64,000 nt of DNA from Marsupella aquatica (lineage: Eukaryota > Plantae > Marchantiophyta): NCBI GenBank assembly GCA_973895155.1, contig OZ316898.1, positions 9,287,079 to 9,351,078 on the forward strand. The letters run 5' to 3'. Below the pieces are notes generated by a model. The model searched no databases, was not told the origin of the DNA, and saw nothing but the letters and a program-made list of their open reading frames with translations. The stretch's first letter is position 1. Every line of letters begins with the position of its first letter. A program made the position numbers and the translations under genes. Positions 39,107 through 52,800 of this stretch are shown in pieces.

Positions 39107-42100
39107 ATAAGTGATTCGGAGGAGTTTTTTGAAGACGTGGAACTTGAAGCACGAGGATCACCGCGGCGGTTTGAGAGGCAGAGAGAGGAGCAGGAGGAAG
39201 AGCACGTGACACCGGTACCATCACCGGTGCGGCGTGTGGTGGAGGAAGGAGTACTACTACCGAAGCTCACAGTAGTGCCAAAGAAGAAGATGGGGACTTT
39301 CAAGCTTGGGGGACCCAAGTATGAAGTGACAAAGTATGATGGGCGCTCTGACTACTTGCTATGGGAGAAGCAGGTGAAGGGAGTGCTCTATACGTCAGGG
39401 ATGGGCCAACTGCTGAGCCCTCGTGAAGACAATGTTGATGAGAAACAATGGGACCGCATGCAGGAGCAGGGAGTGTGGTGTGTTACACTCTATCTCATGC
39501 CTCCCATCATCAAGCAGTTGGGTGCACATAAGGATTGCATGTCCTTGTTTTCGGAATTGCAGAGCAAGTATCACCGCAAGGAGTTGTCGAACCGACTCTA
39601 CACTTCCTACAAACTGATGAGTTTCAGGATGAAGGAATCCGGTACAAAGTTACAAGACCATGTGGATGCTTTCAACGACATGGTTGTTGACTTGGAAAAT
39701 CTTGGGGAGACTTTGAATGATGAGACGAAGGCTCTGCAGCTTCTCAGTTCATTGCCTCCATCTTACCAGTCCCTATCACGAGTGTTGTTGCATCGTGATA
39801 GGGATACCATTTCATACAATGACGTGGTAAGTTCTCTGCTTAGTGATGATATTTAGCAGAAGATGCACATCACGTCACAGCCTTCATCATCTGGTGCTGC
39901 CCTCAATGTTAACCGTGGGAGGAGTATGCAGCGACCAACTGGAGACCGTAGAACCCAGTTTAGATCTAAATCCAGATCTAAGTCCAGGGGTAAATCCCCT
40001 CAGAGGAGGCAGGTGACATGTTGGAAGTGCAACCAAGTTGGACACTTCAAGCGAGACTGTAAGGGAAAGGCAGCGGAATCTTCATCGGCAAATATGGCTA
40101 AGGCTGATGGAGAAGCTGATTTACTCAATGATGAGTATGTTTTATGAAGCCGAAGATATGCCCTATGCACGTCATCTAGGAGAGCAGATGATGTGTGGAT
40201 TCTTGATTGTGCTTGCTCTTTCATATTTATTACATTCATGAGTTTTTCAGTTCTTACTCTGTTTCAAACGGTTCATTTCTGATGGGAAATGATCACTCCT
40301 GTCAAATTGAGGGAATTGGGTCTGTGAAGATTCAAATGTTTGATGGCGCTGTGCACACAGTGTCCAGAGTCAGGTATGTACCTGGCATGCGTAAGAATCT
40401 GATTTCACTAGGTGTGTTGGATTCAAATGGTCATCAATGGAGCGTTATTGATGGTGAACTTCAAGTCAAGTCGGGAGAGACAGTGATTTTGAAGGGGAGT
40501 AGACAGAAGAATTTGTATGTGTTACAGGGCAATACTGTATGTGGAGAGGCCAATGTAACCAAGTCTCATGAGGAGATGACTCAACTGTGGCATTCACGGT
40601 TAGGCCACATGAGTGAGAAGGGTTTGGCTATCTTACAAAAGAATTGACTCATTTCTGATTTGCAATCTTATAAATTAGAGTTCTATGAGCATTGCATTCT
40701 TGGAAAGCAGCATCGTCGTGCTTTCGGTGTTGGAACTCATCGTTCCAAAGCGGTTCTTGAGTACATACATAGTGACGTTGGGGTCCATCCCCGACTCCCT
40801 CACATTCTGGAAAGTTGTACTATGTATCATTTATTGACGATTACTCAAGATTTGTGTGGATTTATTTTATGACGCATAAGTATGATGTCTTATCCATTTT
40901 TAAGAAGTGGAAGGCCATGCAGGTGGAGAATCAGACTAAAAACATAGTCAAGTCTTTGGATACAAGGGTAAAGAGTCTGAGGTCAAACAACGGCGGGGAG
41001 TACACTTCAATGGAATTTGAAGAGTATTGTTCAGAATAGGGGATAACTCGCCATCTCACCACAGTTTATACTCCGCAGCATAATGGTGTCGCTGAGAGGC
41101 TCAATCGGACACTATTGGAGCGGTCACGGAGTATGTTGAGCCAATCAGGTTTATCACAGGAATTTTGGGCAAAAGCTGTGAATACCATAGCTTATTTGGT
41201 AAATCTTTCTCCTTCTAGTGCTATCAATTTCAAAACGCCGTTTGAGATGCGCTATAAGCGGCAAGCAGACTATCATGGCTTGGTAGTTTTTGGAAGTGAT
41301 GCATATGCTCTCACACCGAAGCAGATTAGGACCAAGTTGGATCCTACCTCCAAGAAATGTATTTTTCTTGGGTACCAGACTGGTGTGAAAGCCTATAGGC
41401 TATGGGATCCTATTGCCTGTAAGTTCGTTGTCAGTAGGGATGTTTCCTTCAATGAATCCAGATTATTGAAGGAGGGGGAGAATACTCAGGTCTCCCGTAC
41501 TGACAAAGGAAAATCTCCTATCCCGGATCTTGTTGAGGGGGAGATTGGTCATGAGGTGCATGATCGGAGAGAAGGAGTTCCTCCAATTATGGAGTTGGTT
41601 CCTGTGCTAGAGGAACCAGAGGAGTTTGTTGATGCTGGTGAGCAACAAGTGGATGCTGCTGAGCTTCAAATTGTACCAGCACACGCAGATCAACCGGAGT
41701 CATCGGCTAGAAGAACATCTGGTTGCACTGTACGCGCTCCACCAAGGTATGGACAGTGGGTTGATTCATCTTAGTTGCAAGAGGAGGACTTTGTTACTGA
41801 TGATGAGGGTGATGCATTGAGTTTGGAAGAAGGGGAACCTTCTTCATTTCATGAAGCAAGTGCTTCAAATGAGAAGCAGGAGTGGACTGCAGCAATGCAA
41901 ACGGAGATGCAATCACTGAAGGACAACAAAACTTGGGAGCTTGTCAAGCTGCCTGAGGGACAGCAAGTGGTGGATAGCAAGTGGATATACAAGCTGAAGG
42001 ATCAGTCCACAGGAGGTGGATCGAAGGTCTACAAGGCTAGGTTGGTAGCCAAGGGATTCACATAGGAAAAAGGTATGGATTATAATGAGGTCTTCTCACC

Positions 42101-43421
42101 AGTTGCTAAGTACTCAACAATACGGCTATTGTGTGTGCTTGTTGTTATGTTTGGTCTGCTGCTAGATCAGATGGATGTTGTCACAGCTTTCCTTTATGGC
42201 ACCTTGGAAGAGTTGATCTTCATGAGATAGCCGCTAGGTTTTGTGAAGAAAGGGCAAGAGGATTTGGTTTGCAGATTGTTGAGATCCTTGTACAGGTTGA
42301 AGTAGTCACCAAGACAATGGAATAAGTGGTTTGATGATTGGATCCGTGCACAAGGCTTTCACAGGAGTGTGTTTGACCCATGTGTGTATCTTAAATCGGT
42401 AAAGAATGTTGTTTTTGGGTTCATTGTTTTAGTACTTTATGTGGATGACATGCTTATTGCGGCCAAGGATAGGTCTGAGATTGTTAAGCTCAAGGCACTG
42501 CTTAGTGCAGAGTTTAAGATGAAGGACTTAGGGCCAGCTAAGAGAATTTTGGGTATGGAGATCACTAGGGAATTAAAGGCTGGTAAGCTATGGTTGACGC
42601 AGAGCAGTTATGCGAGGAAGGTAATTGCAAGGTTCAACATGGGGGATAGCAAGCCAGTAAGTACCCCGTTGGCTCCACACTTCAAGTTGTCATCAGCTTT
42701 CTGTCCTACGGATGACATAGAGAAGGGGTTAATGTCAAAGGTTCCGTATGACAAGGCAGTGGGGAGTCTCATGTATTTGATGACTTGTACTAGACCTGAT
42801 CTTGCCATGGCTATGGGCAAGGTGAGCAGGTACATGTCGAATCCAGGGAAGGTACACTGGGAAGCAGTGAAGTGGATTATTCAGTATTTGAAGGGTACCG
42901 TGGATCATGGTCTACTGTTTGATGCACATGCTGATAATGCTAGATCATTGATGGGCTATGTAGATGCTGACTATGCACAGGATCTGGATTGGAGGAGGTC
43001 AACAACAGGTTATGTGTTCACACTGGGAGGTGGATGCATAAGTTGGAGGTCTACCTTGCAGAAGTGTATTGCTCAGTCTACTACAGAAGCGGAGTATGTT
43101 GCAGCAGTGGAAGCAGCAAAGGAAGCGATTTGGTTGGATATACTGATCACTAAGATGGGATTGCCACAGGGGAATGTGAAGCTCCATTGTGATAGTCAGA
43201 GTGCGCTTCACCTTGCTGTGAACCAGGTGATGGACAGCAGAGTGAAGCACATTGACGTCAGGTATCATTTTATCAGGCAAGTTGTGTCTGATAATATGTT
43301 TGAGCTAGTCAAGATTGACGGTAAACTCAACCTGGCTGACGCTCTTACCAAAGTGATTCCTTTGGAGAGTTTTTCTAGACACCGTGATGCGTTGCAGGTT
43401 TTGCAATTGCCTCACAAGTAG
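39107..43421 (+). pseudogene. Disrupted copia gag-pol polyprotein
   Basis: Gag LLSSLPPSY and zinc knuckle CWKCNQVGHFKRDC; protease WILDCACS; GAG-pre-integrase LWHSRLGHMS; integrase FIDDYSR and LRSNNGGEY; RT YKARLVAKGFT and LYVDDML; RNase H GYVDADYA and HIDVRYHFIR. At least 8 in-frame stops plus frameshifts; the probable start codon reads ATA at 39107. Confidence 0.95.
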
Positions 43422-43612
43422 GGTTACTTAACATTTGTGTAGATACTGAGATATGCTCTTGCTCATTCCTTGTATAGGCTACAGCTTAGTTCTGGTCTAC
43501 TCTCGTATAAAGAGGGAAAAACCGGTATGGTTTTTCTTTCCAGAACTTCCCGCTGAGCAATCATATTGGTAGCAGTCTTTACCCTCCCCTAGACCAGAGT
43601 CAAGGGGGAGAT

Positions 43613-43960
43613 TGTTAGGATTTACTCTTAGGTCTAGAGTTACGACTGTACCGTAGTTAAGGCTAACCTTAGTCGTACGTAGACTTGGTTAGGTTAGTCA
43701 TGTTGTGCACACTCTATAACCAAGCGGTGTTTGCTTGGTGAGGGGGAACTCAGGCTCATTGTTACGGAGCTAGTTGAGAGATAGAGAGAGCTTGCGCTGT
43801 GGATGCTTGGAATGGCGATCGGCCTAGAGTGTAGTAAAGCTCTCGTGTGTTCCCGTGGACATAGCCTCATAAGGAGGTGAACCACGTATCTCTCTGTGTC
43901 GACTCTTGTGCGTTGGATGGTTCATGGGCTTGCCGTTGCAATTGTCGTCTATGCTCAACA
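43613..43960 (+). repeat. 3' LTR
   Basis: TGTTAGG...CTCAACA, preceded by the polypurine tract. Confidence 0.95.
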
Positions 43961-45959
43961 AGCAACGGAACATGATTGACTCTGGAAACACGAGAAAAAC
44001 TTGCTAAGTTGCAAGGCACGGGCACCAGGCCAATCCTCAACACAAAAGCTTGGCCATTGGAATGGGGGTATTTTGTAGGCATAAGAATATTGGTTTGAAA
44101 ACTTGCGTTAGAACAAGTTTCTCATAATGTTTCAAGTCTTTGAATTGGTTTTCTAGAGCACACTCAGCACATGAGTAATTACAGTTTCCCAACTACAGTA
44201 GTATAAGTATGTCTTATGTGTGACAAAATCACAAAGTTCAGTTTTGGCTAGCTTTATACCCTACCCTGCAAAAAAAAGGTATGTCATTGGTTTACAAAAC
44301 CAAACTCAAAAAATGAGCCAATCTTGGCCTTTGTTGTGCACATATATACACATTGCTACACAATATATATCGTATGTCACACACATTCCCACACACATCT
44401 AAGCATAGTCACAATCCAACATCACAAACCGGGTCACAAACAGAAGAGAATGGAGTACAAGTAGAACTCTTCTCCACACATGTCCAAATCTCACAATAAT
44501 TTTCAAGAGCAATCAAACACACAATCCTTCTCAACGCGATCACACACTTATGTCAAACCAAAAGCACCTTGCGCCTCAAGGAATCCACGTTACATACACA
44601 CAACCTAGACGGCCACACCATAGCCACTACAGCTTGTGCTTGAAAGGCTCAATATCAAAAGATGAGACCTTTCAGCCAAGACAAAAGGATAACTATCCCT
44701 CACAAACATACACTAACCTAAAACACTTAGATAACACACATATGAAGCCTCAAACCTACAGAGTCCAATATCCTATACTATCATTCATAATGATGTGACA
44801 CCTTTCTTAGGAGAGTCAGATCCTGGTGGACACTCATTCTATCCCTTACTTGCCCAAAATGAAAATAAAATTAAAGAACTTCAACTAAAAGCAAAGAAAT
44901 GTAGTTTAAAAACAAAAATAGATTCAATTTTAAACATAATATTAATTTGTGGACCACTCCTTAATTTAATGCTTGCGAGAAACTAATACAGTCATGTTTT
45001 CTCACAAAGATTGTTCAAGCTCATGATTTAACACCCTTTGCTCAAGCACTGCCTTGTTTCACCACTAGATAAATTAAGCCAATCACACCTCTTTTGTATA
45101 CTATTATGCAGGCCTCGATGACATCTAGTGGCACTTCAAGCCAAACATTTCCAACCCAGTTTCCAACAACCAGCAAGATGATTGAGCTCAGAGATAAACT
45201 TGTGCATTGGCTCGACGTACATGCACAAGACTTGTCTAAAAATAATGGCCATAATCACAGTTGTGTGTGGGCACTCTTGGCAAGGTTGTCTGATGAAAGC
45301 AAACATGAATATATATTAGATAACAATGAGAGTATGGTTAGCGAGTCACTATTGGTTGTTAGAACCTAAGCAAAGAAATCCTTCTTTTGTGAGCTGGTCT
45401 TTTGTTTCCTAGTGCAGTTCTAAGACATGAGATGAGTAGTGAGTTTGCTAAGCCAAGAGAAGAGAAGAGTCCCAACTTGGGTTTAACTAACCAGGTTTTG
45501 GCTAAGAAGGGATTAACTTTGCTAGTAGAGTGGGGTGTCTTTATTGATAAGAGGCATTTTTTTCCGTCTTTGCTTGCCCACTAGAATTACCCACTGTTAG
45601 TGGTTGAATGAGAAAACTATATACAAAATGTTTAGTAAACAGGAAGGAAAAAAATCATATGATCACTCCCACTGCTACACACCACCTACACACACTAATA
45701 GTCCTGTAGTATGACAGTTTTCCTTCCATTCCCTTTGAAAGACAAACTAGTCACGGACGTACAGTCCTGGGTCACTTTTACATTTAATTTGCCCGTTTGC
45801 AGGAACCTTCATTGTAGATCTATGTATTGGCACCCCAGATGCACTAACATAATTCTTGTTTTCTTGGAGTGCAGACCATCAGGTTTTAACTCTTTGCCAA
45901 AGTACAATACAGTTTGGAAAAAGCCAGGGAAAAAGCTGATTGTAGATCTCAGAGTGGAT

Positions 45960-46520
45960 GAGCCAGATTTTTTCACCATGCTTTCTTGGAGTCCAGGTCA
46001 CCACGCTTTCTTAGAGTCCAGGTCCAGTGGCACCCTTCCTATCAAAGAGATTGCGCTCGTAACAGTAGTTGGACATACCACCCATCCTTGTGGGGTCTTT
46101 TGTATAGAACAGAGGCTGTTTCCCCCAAAGGCCTTGGTCCTCACGGACTTCTTTCGGCACAGGGTTTCCATTGCTCTTTAACAGGCCCAGGCTTTCACCA
46201 TTCTTTGTAGGGCAAAGCTATAGGTTTTTAGGTCTTCTAGGCAGATCCCTTTGCTTGACCCTCCTTTGCAGTTTACTCCTGAGCGCTACCAGGCTTTTTC
46301 GTTTTCCGCTGAGTAGGGTTTTAGTCTTTCTCTTTAATTCCTTTTGTTGGCTACTGTACTTAGTTGTTCTTTTCTGTTTGCTTTGACCTCATGGGCTGGT
46401 GGGGCCTCTTTGTCCCGTTGGATTCATTCCCTTTTCTTTTGCCCCCCCTAATGGGTTTTTCGCCTTGGGGATCGTGTCTCCCGGTTTGGCGATTTTGTTC
46501 TTTGGCAGTGTGATATATCA
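45960..46520 (+). mobile_element. Decayed 3' portion of a non-LTR retrotransposon, possibly CRE/RLE-type
   Basis: Translation TDFFRHRVSIAL*QAQAFTILCRA resembles the C-terminal QRxSxALQRAQA region of RLE-type LINEs (recalled, not searched); 3' tail shared with 14560-14825. Confidence 0.4.
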
Positions 46521-48319
46521 TGCATACTTTGCTTTGAATCTCTTACTCTTACTAACTTTTCATAAGTTTTCCAGTAATATGTATTCCTACAGCACACCAA
46601 ATAATATACCTTCCATCTTAGAAACATTATAATATGGAATCTCAATGTTTTAATAGCACAATAATATACATTCTATCATTCTTTATCTTTTTCAAAGCAA
46701 ACAATGTACTTTCTATCATTTGTTTTTTCAAGGCACAACTGTGTACTTCCTATCTAAACATATCATATGCAATCCATTTTTTTCCAAAGCACCAACAATA
46801 TACTTTCTATCATCCTTTAACTTTTTCCAAAGCAAACAATATACTTTCTACCATTCTGTTTTCAAGGTACAACTGTATGCGTTCTACCTAAAAGTATGTT
46901 ATAATATGCAAACTAATTCTTTTTTTTCAAAGCCCAGCAATATACCCCCTATCTATCTAAAAATTATAAATTGCAATAATTTAATTTTTTTAACAGAGCA
47001 ATGTACCTTCTATAATTGTAATATCCAATCTTACTCTTTACTAAATGTCATTCCATTAGGACTACATTTTTCCCTAATCATGCAAAGGGCCTAACTCTTC
47101 ACTTTCCCCGTAGTGTGCACACTCCTTAAAATCCAGTTGCCAGACCGGCTCAGTCACCTATTCCTAGCAGCGTCAAACTGTGCGCCTAGCCATCTCACAT
47201 ATGTTCAACAACACTTAAGGCTCAGCATCACTATTGACAACTATGTGCACCACAGGCATTACTGCATCCCCAACCCAACAGGGTTTTGTTTACTTGGTAC
47301 ATCAAAGACCCAATCTCACAAAGTCCTTTTTTGATTCACTGTACGTGCATCTATTATGGCCAACTGAAAAGCAGCCCCACCCTTGACAGGGTAATTTCCA
47401 TAAAAATAGCAACATCTGACAACTATAGATGTAAGTCTTGAAACCCCAACAATAAACCCAATACTAGATAGTCAACTATTGTAGAGTCTCTTCCATATTA
47501 AACATTCAAACCCAAAAAAACCCATTCCTGAAAACCCGATTACATTCACGTGATTGGGTTGGACATGAATTTTGCATTTTCTTTCATGAGTTTGGTCAAG
47601 ACCCTTATAAAGTAAAATAACCTGGTAGAGTTGGAGATGTTCTTAAGCTCATAAATTAATGGATATTTGCCCAATCAAGGTGGCCCCAGTTTGTAAAGTT
47701 CTCCAGCTCCGCAAAATAAAGTACTCATGGGTATATTGATAACACCTGTCTGAGTTTTTGAATTTGTTTAATGTGAAAGAAGAACAAAAGCGTGGAGTGC
47801 AGGAATCGTTGATTCCAGCCTCACAAGTGCCTAAACCTCATTTGTTACATAAAGTATTGTTTATTGTTTAAACCACAGCTGGCCATATAAAACCATAAGT
47901 GTCCAAGATTCCCTTTTTCACATTCCTCTCCTCTAGGGTGAGACTTTTCTCCACAGTTTCAGGAAAAAGGTACTAAAAAATTAAAAATGGTGAAACAGGG
48001 AGTATCTAATGTGGGTTTTGTCATTGACAATGATGCTTTAAACCGCACCTGCCCCTAGAAAAGCCCCATTTACTCACTCACTATTCCTCATTCCTGTCCT
48101 TTGGTGAATAGTGTCTCATCATAACAGGTGGAGAACTCACCACAGTTGGTGTAGCTCAAGCTCATTACTGAACCAATGCACTTTATAAGTGTAGCTCAAG
48201 CCCATTACTCAACCAATGCACTTTATAATGACAGTTACAACTAACCCATAGCTCTTTTTAGGTGCAATTGTGGTTTCAAGCACCAATCTCCACTACAAAA
48301 CCTAGATCCACGAGGTTTA

Positions 48320-48706
48320 GCCATTTTCTTGTACATTGTTCCTTTTATATGACAGTGATGGTATAAGGCAAAAAGTCTTGTACACCTCTTCTTTTATATG
48401 GCGGTGGTATAAGGGCAAAAAGTCTTGTACACTTCTCCTTTTATATGACATATGGCCCGTGGTGGTTTTAAGAGTCTTGTACACTTCTCCTTTATATGGC
48501 ATATGGCCCCTTTATATGGCATATGGCCCGTGGTGGTTTAAAGCAAAGTACTTTTCCATTTATTTCTCGTTTTATATGGACCGTGGTGGTTTAAAGCAAA
48601 GTGCTTCTCCTTTTATTTCTCTTTTTATATGGCCCGTGGTGGTTTAAAGCAAAGTGCTTCTCCTTTTATTTCTCTTTTTATATGGCCCGTGGTGGTTTAA
48701 AGCAAA
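48320..48706. repeat. About 53-bp tandem array upstream of the ankyrin gene
   Basis: TATATGGCCCGTGGTGGTTTAAAGCAAAGTGCTTCTCCTTTTATTTCTCTTTT units; near-identical on the right, degenerate on the left. Confidence 0.9.
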
Positions 48707-49872
48707 ACGAAAGTGGGAAGTGCTGTAGAGTGAGTGATGCTTTGAAGGGGGCACACGGCGGAGAGGCAGAGAGGAACTGTAGATTTGCAGTGTCTGATGT
48801 TCGCAGCGAGGAAGGCACAGCTGGGCATTGAGCTGCCGAGCAGGGAACGATGAGGACCGGACGTGGAGCAGGATATGGGGCAGATAAATCCGTTCTTGTG
48901 TCGAGGTCGTCACCGGGGAAGGAATGGAAATGATGGAAAGGAGGGAGGTCAAGGCTGACACAGACCAGCCTTGTCACAATGGAGTTTCAATTAGTTGCCC
49001 AGCTTCTGTGGGTGAGAATCGAGTAGTGGTTGACACGCCGGGTTTCATCGAGGAACGGAATCCTGGAGTGATGAGAAATTGGGGAGTCACCTGCTGGTTA
49101 GATCCGCCTGGGACTTCTCTGGATCGACTGTGGCTTCGCGCTTGGTCTCTGTGGGCACCGGATGAAGTGAGTGCTGTGCTTGCATTGAGCTTTGATGTGT
49201 CGTACTTGATAGGAGACACAGCGCTGTGCTTGCATTGAGCTTTGATGTGTTGTACTTGAGAGGAGACAGAGCGAGACTAGTCGAGGGTAGAATCTATTCG
49301 CAAATGATGGTTTTGGATAAGTGTTGCATTCAGTGGTCGACATGAAGAGCAATGGTTGAGTTTGGCTCGGAAGACAAGGAGAGAGATGGCCCATGAAGAA
49401 CAATTTGTGATGCATGCGAGGACAATGGATCTGGCGACGATGTGCCCAGGGGGTGGCATGGCGTTGTGAGAACGATCTCTCAATTTCATTGTGAAGGAGC
49501 CGAGCTTTGTAGCTTTAGAATTGAGGAAATAGTGCTTTCATTGGGATTGGTTTTGGTGGATATGCTGCTGAGAGGTTGGCCTTGAAAGACTGAAAATATG
49601 GGGGGCGTAAGAGGAGTTGGTGGACAGTATGAAAGTAGCTCCAATGATGAGAATTTAAGAGGCTGGCTGAGGGGGTTTTGGTATCTTCCTGATCACTCTT
49701 CTCCACTTCACGGAGGGGGGAGAGAATGAATCACAGAGAGCTTTTTCCTTCGGTACGAGGAGTTCTTGCGTTGTTGGGCTGGGCTGCAGGGTTTAGGCTG
49801 GCTGGTTGTTGGACTGGATCGAGCATCCCAGAGGGCAGGAGTTGATGCTGGTGCGGATATCGAGAGCGAGCA

Positions 49873-52800
49873 ATGGCGAGTTCATTTCGACGGTCCACGA
49901 CTTTAGACGTAGAAGCATCCATTCAACTCTCCAACGCACTAGACAGGCAATCATCCATTCAACTGTCCAACGCACTAGGCAGGCAATCATCCATTCAAAG
50001 CTCCGACTTGATGGGCAGGGAACTTTCCGAGTCCTCTAGCCAACTTTTGAGCAACGCGAAGGATGGGAATGCAATTGGTGTGGGATTTCTACTCGACCAG
50101 CCACCTGAGGCCTTAGTGGACATAAACGCCAGAGGAGAACGGCAGATGACAGCTCTGCACCTGGCAGCTGAGAGCTCCCATGAGAGAGTGCTATCAAGGC
50201 TACTAGACGAGCAATCTATCGACTTGGATGCACAAGACGAGCTTGGTCGGACTGCACTCATAATAGCAGCACAAAGAGGATACCCTAGTGTGACCCAGAT
50301 GTTGCAGGAAGCGGGAGCTAGTGTTCTGCTCTGTGCCCAGGGTGGGTACACTGCACTCCATGTGGCTGCCTGGTATGGGCACATTGAGGTGGTCAACCTA
50401 CTTCTGGGGATCTCTGAACCTGGAGAGTTTCGCAATGGAGAGTTTACATTCCCGAAGGAGACGGTGAAAAAACCGAAGTTTCCGTATTTTCATTCCAGTA
50501 AAGACTCACCTTCGCCTCAAGAAATGAAGCGCAAGCTCTTCAAAAAATCGCCGGACTCGTGTGTTTTTGGGTCCTTTCCGCTAGTAGCAGCAAAATTGAA
50601 GAGCACAAGTTTAGTGAATGATGACTGTGGGGATTCATGTTCACACGATGAGAGTCTGAAAATGCAACGCCATAAAGTTGTTGTGCTGAAGCTTTTGGAA
50701 TCCAAAACCTCGGCTGAGCTCTTCACTCCTCTTCACTTGGCTGCTGGAAGTGGACACCGCCAGGTTGTTGAATCCTTGATACAGGCTTACGGGCAAGCTG
50801 TGGGCATTACTGAGGTTTTTAATAGCATTCAAGAAAAAGGTGGAAAAGAGGCTTTAAACATGGCGAGAACTGCCATAATGCAGATCCTCAACAGTCAGGA
50901 TGACAAGTCCACTGGTGAAGATGCCAAGAGTAGCAGCACTCTTGACAAAGCCTTGAGTAGGATATTGTTCCCGGGCTCTGAACACTGCTCAATTTCCTGG
51001 TCTACCGTGGAGGGCATGGTATCCTATGTCAATTCAAAAGACTGCATTGGGAGGACTCCTCTTCACTATGCTATTTGGGAGCGGCATGCAGGGGTTGTGG
51101 AACAGCTTCTCGAGCTTTTCATTGTGAATGTGAATGCGACAGACATGGATGGATTCACTCCTTTGCACTTAGGTTCGCGGAAGGGGGACGAGACTGTGGT
51201 GCACCTACTTCTTGTACACGATTCAAAGTTTCAAACACTAAATCCGAATTCGCGTGCTAGGCAGAACAAGGCCACATGGGCGAAAATTCTGGAAGTCAAA
51301 CGAATGCAACAAAAGTTAGGAACTATGTCACTTGCAATAAGCTTGCAGGATTTCTTTTTCCCAGAGGAGAGGGATGGAATGACAGCTCTGCATTATGCAG
51401 TAGAGGGAAATCAGGAGCCAGTTGTGGCTGCCTTGGCAAGCCACGGGGACATTGATGTGTTTGCTATGGCAAGTCCAGCGACCAAACCATCAGTTATGGA
51501 AACACTAGCTGCTGACAATGGAGATGAGAAGTGCCAATCCCCTCTTACCCTTGCATTTTCGACTAATAATAGCAATGTTTTGCTGAAGCTGTTAAAGTCT
51601 GCCAAGAGGAACACAATCATGCAGGAAGTCCAGATGCTGAGAAGTTATTACGCCAAGCCGTCCAAATTTGAGGGCAATCGGCAGACTGTCAAGGACTACC
51701 AGAGGGAGTTATTGAAAACGGCAGTCAGATTGATTAGGTTAGACGCGAGCGTCATTGAGAGTGACCTGTTCTCCAAGTTAGAGAGAGAATTGGGTGTCGC
51801 TCTTAATACCCTTTTGCTTAAGCCAGGCACAAACAAGTACACATTATTGCACCATGCTGCTTTCGCGGGTCTTAGCACGGAATTAGGAGTACTTCTCTCC
51901 ACCCCAGCTGTCGCAAAGGATATTAATGTTCCAGACGTCGATCATCAAACAGCCCTCCACTTCGCAGTCATGGAGGAAGAAATCGCTGCAGTGCAGGTGA
52001 GCACTAGAGTCTCTGATAGGAACTGTTTAAGTAACCAATTTCCCAACTTTCTTGTACGTTTGGCATGAATTTAATATTCTTAAGGAAGGGACTGCCAATC
52101 TCATCTATTATTGCTCAATTGATTTGTATTCTCATATGCAGACGATAATGTCAGCCCTCCTGTGTTTTACTTCCCTATTATGCTGTCCGAGACGTCGTAC
52201 ATTAATTAATCCAAATTTGTATGTGCAGGTGCTGATGAATGATAAGACACTGAAACCTAATGAAGAGGATAGACACAACCGAACAGCGTTGCAAATCGCT
52301 TCAGAAAAGGGATCTCGAGAAATTGTACGCCTGCTTATGGCGTGCCCAGATGTCAAACTGGCCGTGGAAAAGTTGTACAGAGAAAGGGCTGTAAATGATA
52401 ATGCTGCCAATGCCATCCTGGTGGTTGCAGCTCTCATTGCCAGTGTTACTTTTGCGGGATGGCTTCAACCTCCGTTGGGACTTGTAGCGTACAATGATCT
52501 GCCGGCGCTCAGCGGTACGAATACAAGCTCAGGTTATCCGAGCTACGCTGCGGTGCAAGTCCCCGCTGTCCGCTATTTCTGGATCTTCAATACGCTCTCA
52601 TTCTACTTTGCGATGGCCACTGTCATTTCTGGAGCAGCTGAGGTTCTTCCAATGAGAGATGCATTCATTGGACAGGTGATCTGCCCTATTCCCTTTCGTT
52701 CCATTGAGCGCCTCCTCCCTTCCTAGTTCCCACAGGTATAGCAAGATCTTTCCCAGTAAATGTTGAACCTGCATAGGTAGTTCACTGCATCACCATACGA

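Larger units (their letters stand above)
37248..43960 (+). mobile_element. Full-length, inactivated Ty1/copia LTR retrotransposon
   Basis: LTRs 37248-37591 and 43613-43960 (TG...CA, about 8 substitutions plus one 4-nt indel); TSD AGCAG/AGCAA; tRNA-iMet PBS TGGTATTAGAGC after the 5' LTR; PPT AAGGGGGAGA before the 3' LTR; domain order gag-PR-INT-RT-RH. Confidence 0.97.

Noticed and set aside
47560-47750. Minus-strand AELENFTNWGHLDWA as a transposon accessory-domain relic
   Set aside because: Too short and interrupted by stops to support without a database search.
48291-48300. CACTACAAAA as a CACTA transposon terminus
   Set aside because: No matching inverted terminus or TSD found in the window.
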